Assembly: GCA_947626395.1 (NCBI GenBank)
Contig: CANQRU010000004.1
Coordinates: forward strand, 21,524 to 85,523
Source of the DNA: an uncultured Lachnospiraceae bacterium
GTDB lineage: Bacteria; Bacillota; Clostridia; Lachnospirales; Lachnospiraceae
DNA length: 64,000 nucleotides
Direction of reading: 5' to 3'
Program-made: the position numbers and the translations under genes
Notes under the pieces: model-generated
Database searches by the model: none
What the model saw: the letters and a program-made list of their open reading frames with translations, nothing else
What the model was told of the DNA's origin: nothing
In this document: one piece after another, positions 57,834-64,000 of the stretch
Numbering within the stretch: the first letter of the stretch is position 1
Layout of the letters: each line of letters opens with the position of its first letter

Positions 57834-59312
57834 TTACTGCCACGTCACATTCTGCTTCGTCTCCCCGCGATGCATCGGCACCTTATCCGCCCCAAGCGCC
57901 TTCAGATTCTCATGGACATTCCTCTTATCCGCCTGCCCGATCATCTCATCGCGCGTCTTCTTCGCAGCAGCCTCCGCCATATTCTTGCTGGGCCCGCCGA
58001 CGCACCCGCCGACGCAGGCCATCCCTTCCACGAAGTCCTCCGCCAGCCTTCCAACCTTCATCATCAGAAGCGCCTTCTTGCACTCCACCGCCCCATTGCA
58101 GCGCAGCACATTAGGCTTAATATCCTCGCCCATCTCATCAAAGCACTGCAGAACCGCCGCCGTCACGCCGCCGCTGTTGCCGAAGCGCTTGCCGTAGGTA
58201 GAACTCTCCTGGTATGTATTATCCTCCGGCTCCAGTTCAATACCCTTGGCATACATCATGGACCGGATCTCGCCATAAGTCATAACATAGTCCGCATTGC
58301 CCTCAATACCATGATCCTGCGCCTCGCTCTTCTTGGCCGTACACGGCCCGATGAAAACCGTAACCGTCTCCGGATCCTGCTGCTTCAGGAAACGTGACAC
58401 GCCGCACATCGGCGACACGGTCGTGGACATATTGTCAAGAAGCTGCGGGAAATGCAGCCGGATCATATTTACAAATGCCGGACAGCAGGATGTGGTCATC
58501 TTCTTGCCTTCCTTGTAAGCTTCCGCCCACTCCTCCGCTTCCGCCGCCGCGGTCATATCGCCGCCCATGCCGACCTCGACCATATCCGCGAAACCGGCCT
58601 TCTTAAGAGCCGTCTTCCAGCTGGCCATCGTGATGCCGGGGCCGAACTGTCCTTCCGTAGCCGGAGCCACCATGGCGACCACCTTCTTGCCGGCGCGGAT
58701 CTCATTGATCACTTTCACCACAGGAGTCTTCGGAGCGATGGCGCCGAACGGGCAGCTGGGAATACAGTTGCCGCAGGCGATACATTTCTTCTCATTAATG
58801 ACGCAGATACCATACTCGTCGTAGGTAATGGCGTCTACCGGACACGCCTTCTTGCAGGGCCGCTCCAGATGAGCGATAGCGCTGTATGGACACGCCTGGG
58901 CGCATTTGCCGCACTCCTTGCACTTCATCGGATCGATATAAGCCCGTGTATCTCCCATGGATATCGCCCCGAAATTACATGCGCTCTGGCAGGCCTTGCC
59001 CATACATTTGCGGCAGTTGTCCGTCACCAGATAGGAAGCGATGGGACACTCCTCGCAGGCCGCGTTGATGACCTGGATCACATTGGGCGACTCCTTGCCG
59101 GTAGGACACTTCCCCTCGGCCAGGCGGATCCTCTGGCGGATGATCTCCCTCTCCTTGTAAATGCAGCAGCGAAACTGAGCCTGGGGTCCGGGAATGATCT
59201 GAAACGGAATCTCGTCGCGCTTCTCTTCCAGCTCGCCGGCCCATGCCAGCTTTGCAACCTCCAAAAGCACCTGATGTCTGATCCTGTTGACGGCTGTCTC
59301 ATTCGATACCAT
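57834..59312 (-). CDS. Monomeric [FeFe]-hydrogenase, group B-like, with ferredoxin domains
   Basis: L1 TSCCPAF, L2 GPCTAKKSE, L3 EGMACVGGCVGGP; FRCCIYKER N-terminus; several CxxCxxC motifs. Confidence 0.85.
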   Translation of the reverse strand: MVSNETAVNRIRHQVLLEVAKLAWAGELEEKRDEIPFQIIPGPQAQFRCCIYKEREIIRQRIRLAEGKCPTGKESPNVIQVINAACEECPIASYLVTDNCRKCMGKACQSACNFGAISMGDTRAYIDPMKCKECGKCAQACPYSAIAHLERPCKKACPVDAITYDEYGICVINEKKCIACGNCIPSCPFGAIAPKTPVVKVINEIRAGKKVVAMVAPATEGQFGPGITMASWKTALKKAGFADMVEVGMGGDMTAAAEAEEWAEAYKEGKKMTTSCCPAFVNMIRLHFPQLLDNMSTTVSPMCGVSRFLKQQDPETVTVFIGPCTAKKSEAQDHGIEGNADYVMTYGEIRSMMYAKGIELEPEDNTYQESSTYGKRFGNSGGVTAAVLQCFDEMGEDIKPNVLRCNGAVECKKALLMMKVGRLAEDFVEGMACVGGCVGGPSKNMAEAAAKKTRDEMIGQADKRNVHENLKALGADKVPMHRGETKQNVTWQ

Positions 59313-59536
59313 ACTCTTATCCTCCGGCTTTTGATATATTGGCAGAAACAAATCTGATTATTAACATTATCGCACATTCTTTCTGTTTCATCAATCCGTT
59401 TTCTTGTATTTTATAAATACAAAAAGCGTTCCTCAGACGTTCTTTTTGCATGCCGGCGCAATACAGAAAGAATATCGCAGGCGTTTTTTTGTGCATACTG
59501 ACATAATTTGAGCAGAGTGTCGTTGGCGTCCCTCCT

Positions 59537-59620
59537 GCATGGAAATGCGGGCAAAGCGTCGCCGGCGCTCTTCCCGCACGGAAATACGGGCAAAGCGCCG
59601 CCGGCGTCCTGCCCTCATGG
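59537..59620. repeat. Two-plus copies of a 39-bp direct repeat
   Basis: GCAYGGAAATRCGGGCAAAGCGYCGCCGGCG at 59537 and 59576. Confidence 0.75.
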
Positions 59621-59626
59621 AATCAC

Positions 59627-59655
59627 AAAAGGGACGGCAGATACTCTGCCGTCCC
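59627..59655 (-). terminator. Intrinsic terminator of the surface-protein gene
   Basis: GGGACGGCAG-5 nt-CTGCCGTCCC followed by T-run on minus strand. Confidence 0.8.
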
Positions 59656-59676
59656 ACAGTATTTCCTGTATTCTGT

Positions 59677-62600
59677 TTACTGGATCCACTCGCCCAGGGC
59701 GTTGACGCGGTAACCGTCCGGCGTCACGGTATCCGTAAGCAGCGTGCCGAGCGTCGCGTCGCTGGCGCTGCTGAAGTAATACCATTTGCCGTCCAGAAGC
59801 TGCCAGCCGGTCAGCATGCGTCCCGCCGTGCCGTTATGATCCGCCTGCAGATAATACCGCTTGCCGTCCAGCGTCAGCCAGCCGGTATCCATAAGACCCG
59901 TACTGCTGAAATGATACCAGTGGGCGCCGTCCTTCTCTGCTACGCAGACCCAGCTGTTCGCCGCCGCCGTGCCGCCTACCTGCAGCGTCCAGCCCTGTTC
60001 ATTCTGAACCCATGCGCCGGCTACAGACTGCGCATTCGCTACATTCGCAGCAGCCGCGTCCGCAACTGTAACCACCGTTGAAATCGCGCTGCCGCTTCCC
60101 GGTACTACGGTCGGAACCGGAGCCGGGGCTGCCGGTCCGCTCTGAGCAGCGCCTGCGGTCGCACCGCCCGTACCGCGGCTGCCTCCGCCGGAACTGCCGC
60201 CGGAACCTCCGCCGCTGTAACCGCCGCTGTGGCCGCCTCCGGAACCGCCGCTGTGGCCGCCGCTGTGACTTCCGGAAGATCCGCTGCCCCCGCCGTTGCC
60301 GGAAGATCCGCTGCCGCTTTCCTCTTCCCCGGAACCGGCGTCGCTTTCCGGTAAGCGGATCAGCTCAAATTCGGCCGTCAACTCTGTATCCTCGTCCGCC
60401 GTAAACTGATACCTGGCGGAAGTACTTACGGTTTCTCCGTCCTTTGTCCAGCGCAGGAACTGATAACCTCCCGCAGGTTCCGCTTCCAGCGTCACCAGAG
60501 AACCGGAACGATACTGTCCCGCGTAACGTACGCTGCCGCCATACGCGGGAACCGCGCCGGCCGATACCGTCACATCCAGGACCGCCGCCGACCATTTGGC
60601 GTAAAGCTCCATATCTCCTGTTACGATATCCCGGTCGAAGTTCCATTGTCTTACATAACCCGGATCCGTATACCAGCCTTCAAACACCGCCAGATCCTTC
60701 GCAGGAACCGCCGGTTTCGGCACATGGCCGCCGTAAGGAGTTGTTCTTGTAAAGGACGCCGGATTGCCTCCCATCGAATAGTAAGTAATCGTATACTGAT
60801 TGACGCGCCATCCGGCATAAAGCGTCGTATCCTGCGTATAAACGGTATTCCCGTTGATCTGTGCGGATGTATCCGGTTCGGTTCCCTCCGCGGGTCTGTC
60901 CGTATACCACCCGATAAAGGTATATCCGGTTCTGACCGGTACAGGAAGCGCCTCCGTCAACTTACCCATCGTGGTAAGCATCGGCGCCGCGTCCGTCCAT
61001 CCTCCGTTAGCGTCAAAGGAAACCGTATACTTGGTCTGATGCACCGTCACATCTGCGGTATTCCCCGTCATCGTCACGCCTTCCGGCAGCACGCATTCAG
61101 CGCTGACCGTCAGTTTCTCCAGCGTCTCGTCGCCGCCGATGCTCAGAAGCCCGCCGGTCAGGGTCGTATCCCCCACCGGCTGGTGACCTGCGAAACCGGA
61201 CGACAGCCCCCAGCTGGTCCTCAATATCTCCGTCGCGTCCGCCTCGGGATAAACGCCATCCGCGGTCATCACGGAGAATAAAACCTTCTGCCCTATATTC
61301 ACGAAAGCGCTCTCCGGGCTGACAGTAACCGCCTTCAGCGTCCGGGGTTCCGCCTTCAGATAACGGTAAGCCGTTGTCGGGATACCAAGCTTCCTCGTAT
61401 CATTCTTCACACGGAATTCCGCCACAACGCCGCCTTCCGCTTTCTGCTCGTTGCCGATAACCACATAATCGCCGCTATAGACACCGTCAAAGGACAGGTC
61501 CGCGTCGATGGCCGCCCGGTCTCCTCTGGCCGTCACCTTCGCGCCGCCGCTGATCGTGACACTTCCGGCGTAGCCATTACTGCCCATGCCGATTCCCGAT
61601 GCTCCCGCGCCGCCTTCCGCCGTCACCGTACCGCCCTTGATCTCGATGGTTCCTCCCGAAGAGGATGACCCGCCGCCGATTCCTGCGCCGCCGGTGATTA
61701 CATCACCCTCGACAGTGTAACTCGTAACCTCCGAGCCGCCTGTCGCGTTAACCGTTCCTCCGTTAATAACGATATGGCTGCCTCCGGCACCGATACCGGG
61801 GCCGTCGCCGATTCCTTCAGCGGTAACGCTGCCCCCGTTGATCGTGATTACAGCGCCCTGACCGCCGCTGCCTGTTCCGATACCCGCGCTTCCAGTCCTG
61901 GCGTCAGAATTCAGGTCTCTCGCAGGAGCCGCGATTACCGAGCCGCTGTTGATCGTAATATCCCCGGAAGTTCCGGTTACACTGCCGGAAGCTCCTCCTC
62001 CGATCGCGGCGTAAAGGGAAGACTTGCTGTAAGCCATAAGCGTCCCTCCGGTCTTATCCTGACCGTAAATCGTCAGCGACGCTCCCGACACAACGCAGAT
62101 ACCACTATTCGCCGTCAGCGTGGCGCCTCTGCTGAGAACCAGCTTGACATCCCCTTCCAGAATCTCGATCCGGTTATTGAACGTCTGGCTGTCCTTCAGA
62201 TAGTACCACATATCCGCATCTGCGGAATTCGTCCATTTGTAATCGCTTGCGGAAACCGTTTTGATATGATCCTGTCCCACCCGGTCGTAATGCGGGGTTC
62301 CATCCGCGCCCACGTAGGAAATCGTGCCGCACTCGGCGCACTGATACATACAGTGCTTTCCTTCCACGGCTTCCACATAGTTGCACGTTTCATCATGCTG
62401 CCCTCTCTCATGGGGACAATCCAGCACCTTCTGCTTCGCCCCATTGCCGGGAGTCGCTTCCGACGGCGTCGCAACATCCACTTCGATATAACAGTCATCC
62501 GTATGCACATGCTCACACGCATGACCCTCTACCGGCGCCACATAACCGCAGCTGCTGTCATGAGCCTGATGATGCTCGCAAAGCCCGCTTCCCCGCAAAG

Positions 62601-62691
62601 GCTCCTCCGCATACGCGGTAACGCCCATACCAGTGATCGTAAGGGCCATGCTGAGCAACACCGATAAAGCCTTCCTGATGCCCTTCTTCAT
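59677..62691 (-). CDS. Large secreted surface protein: His/Cys-rich N-domain, Gly-rich beta-solenoid, InlB B-repeats, Gly/Ser linker, cell-wall-binding repeats
   Basis: Signal peptide; CEHHQAH/CEHVHTDDCY; AGIGGG repeats; YTVSFDANGG..RTGYTFIGWY and YTITY..FEGWY..LYAKW; TGWLTLDGKRYYL. Confidence 0.88.
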   Translation of the reverse strand: MKKGIRKALSVLLSMALTITGMGVTAYAEEPLRGSGLCEHHQAHDSSCGYVAPVEGHACEHVHTDDCYIEVDVATPSEATPGNGAKQKVLDCPHERGQHDETCNYVEAVEGKHCMYQCAECGTISYVGADGTPHYDRVGQDHIKTVSASDYKWTNSADADMWYYLKDSQTFNNRIEILEGDVKLVLSRGATLTANSGICVVSGASLTIYGQDKTGGTLMAYSKSSLYAAIGGGASGSVTGTSGDITINSGSVIAAPARDLNSDARTGSAGIGTGSGGQGAVITINGGSVTAEGIGDGPGIGAGGSHIVINGGTVNATGGSEVTSYTVEGDVITGGAGIGGGSSSSGGTIEIKGGTVTAEGGAGASGIGMGSNGYAGSVTISGGAKVTARGDRAAIDADLSFDGVYSGDYVVIGNEQKAEGGVVAEFRVKNDTRKLGIPTTAYRYLKAEPRTLKAVTVSPESAFVNIGQKVLFSVMTADGVYPEADATEILRTSWGLSSGFAGHQPVGDTTLTGGLLSIGGDETLEKLTVSAECVLPEGVTMTGNTADVTVHQTKYTVSFDANGGWTDAAPMLTTMGKLTEALPVPVRTGYTFIGWYTDRPAEGTEPDTSAQINGNTVYTQDTTLYAGWRVNQYTITYYSMGGNPASFTRTTPYGGHVPKPAVPAKDLAVFEGWYTDPGYVRQWNFDRDIVTGDMELYAKWSAAVLDVTVSAGAVPAYGGSVRYAGQYRSGSLVTLEAEPAGGYQFLRWTKDGETVSTSARYQFTADEDTELTAEFELIRLPESDAGSGEEESGSGSSGNGGGSGSSGSHSGGHSGGSGGGHSGGYSGGGSGGSSGGGSRGTGGATAGAAQSGPAAPAPVPTVVPGSGSAISTVVTVADAAAANVANAQSVAGAWVQNEQGWTLQVGGTAAANSWVCVAEKDGAHWYHFSSTGLMDTGWLTLDGKRYYLQADHNGTAGRMLTGWQLLDGKWYYFSSASDATLGTLLTDTVTPDGYRVNALGEWIQ

Positions 62692-62779
62692 CCTGAATTC
62701 CTCCTTTTTGGAAAGACGTGTTTTATAAAAAATATAAGGATACTCCTATAGTTATTATTATATATGCCCCCCCGGAATG

Positions 62780-63970
62780 TCAATCTTTTTTTATGCTTTT
62801 TTCTGCCTTTTTCAAGGCTTCCCTCTTCATTCTGCGGACCCGGTTGATATGCCGCTCGAAATCGCCGCTTTCGATCAGTTCCGCCAAAACATACTGAAGA
62901 TAAGTCGGCACCGTACACGCGTAGAATCCCAGCTTTTCCATAAATTCAGGAATCAGATGACGCGGCAGCACCATATAGCCCGCACGGAGCGACGGGGAGA
63001 CCGTCTGGGAAAACGTATTCATGTAGATCACATTGTCGCCGGACGATAAGGCGAACAGCGTCTCTTCCGGCTTCGTAAGCACCGAGAATTCCGATTCGAA
63101 GTCATCTTCCACCAGATATCTCCCGGGCTTCGCTGCCCAGCGGATATACTCGTGGCGTCTGGACGCCGACGCGGTCACGCCGCTGGGGAAGCTGCGGTAC
63201 GGGGAAATATGCAGTATCTCCGCCCGGCTGGCCTTCAGCGCGGCGCTCTCGATGCCGTCGCTGCCTAACGGCAGCTTCTCGATCCGCACATCGCAGGCCC
63301 GGTAGACCTGCTCGATCTTCTTGTAGGAAGGCGACTCGATGCCGTAGATCCGGCCGCGGCCCAGAAGTTCCACGATCAGGCCGTAGAGATACTCGGAACC
63401 GGAACCGATGACGATCTGTCCGGCGTCCACCGTGATCCCCCGGCTTCTGTCCAGATACCGGCTGATCGCTCCGCGGAGTTCCGGGACGCCCAGATTCGGC
63501 GACCGGTTCAGGATCCCCTCTCCATGGTCGGAGATCACTTTACGCATAGCTCTGGAAAGCACCGTAAATGGAAATGCGGGAAGCGCTCCTGCCGCTGTCT
63601 GTCCTCCCGGATCCGCCCCTTCCGTCCGGGCCGGCGCCCATTTCCCCGTATCCGGCACGCGCGGTGAGCCGGCCGGCGGCTTTTCCCGCGCGCCGGCATT
63701 ATCCGGCGGAGAAGTAAAGCCATCGTCCACCCGGAAGATCACATAATATCCGCTCCGCTGTCTGGATTCCACATATCCCTCGTCGCCAAGCAGCGCGTAG
63801 GCGTGTTCCACCGTTACTGTACTGAGCCCAAGTTCTCCGGCAATGACCCGTTTGGACGGCAGCTTGCCGCCGCAGGGATAGATTCCCCGCACAATATCGT
63901 CGCGAAGCTGCCGGTACAGCTGCAGATAAGCCGGAGCCGGATCATCACGATCCATCAGATATCTCATCAT
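62780..63970 (-). CDS. GntR/MocR-family PLP-dependent regulator (PdxR-like)
   Basis: PAYLQLYRQLR..LPSKR..GYVESRQRSGY; IGSGSE; VEDDFESEF; LRAGYMV. Confidence 0.9.
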   Translation of the reverse strand: MMRYLMDRDDPAPAYLQLYRQLRDDIVRGIYPCGGKLPSKRVIAGELGLSTVTVEHAYALLGDEGYVESRQRSGYYVIFRVDDGFTSPPDNAGAREKPPAGSPRVPDTGKWAPARTEGADPGGQTAAGALPAFPFTVLSRAMRKVISDHGEGILNRSPNLGVPELRGAISRYLDRSRGITVDAGQIVIGSGSEYLYGLIVELLGRGRIYGIESPSYKKIEQVYRACDVRIEKLPLGSDGIESAALKASRAEILHISPYRSFPSGVTASASRRHEYIRWAAKPGRYLVEDDFESEFSVLTKPEETLFALSSGDNVIYMNTFSQTVSPSLRAGYMVLPRHLIPEFMEKLGFYACTVPTYLQYVLAELIESGDFERHINRVRRMKREALKKAEKSIKKD

Positions 63971-64000
63971 TTTCCCACGCTCCCGAATGTATTGCTGCTT

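Overview
High-GC Firmicute chromosome segment, most likely Lachnospiraceae/Clostridia (inferred from cell-wall-binding repeat proteins, sigma-A promoters and hydrogenase content). No rRNA, tRNA, CRISPR-Cas, integrase or transposase was seen. In order: SLC13 transporter and LysR; SGNH, AAA, EEP and NPP hydrolases; a GH120-like beta-helix glycosidase; an aconitase / AEC transporter / isocitrate-type dehydrogenase cluster with a duplicated promoter block; a SirTM-macrodomain pair; MarR-DegV; two esterases plus an ATP-grasp ligase; an unannotated type I toxin-antitoxin locus; housekeeping genes (MYG1, ltaE, udk, HMA, NCS2); a low-GC Septu (PtuAB) defence insert; a tight four-gene operon STAS - single-module NRPS (C-A-T-R) - 7TM PP2C phosphatase - RsbW-like kinase, followed by an ABC-2 exporter; an XRE protein with 27-aa repeats; sbcCD; a polysaccharide deacetylase; patB; an 11-kb hydrogenase island (group D-like sensor with DRTGG/kinase/PHP genes, tetrameric bifurcating group A enzyme, group B enzyme) containing a 255-bp foldback element; a large surface protein; a MocR regulator. 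The best candidate for an undescribed system is the NRPS embedded in a sigma-less partner-switching module (28826-35092). Start codons were trimmed by eye from the ORF track using RBS position. All identities were counted by hand.
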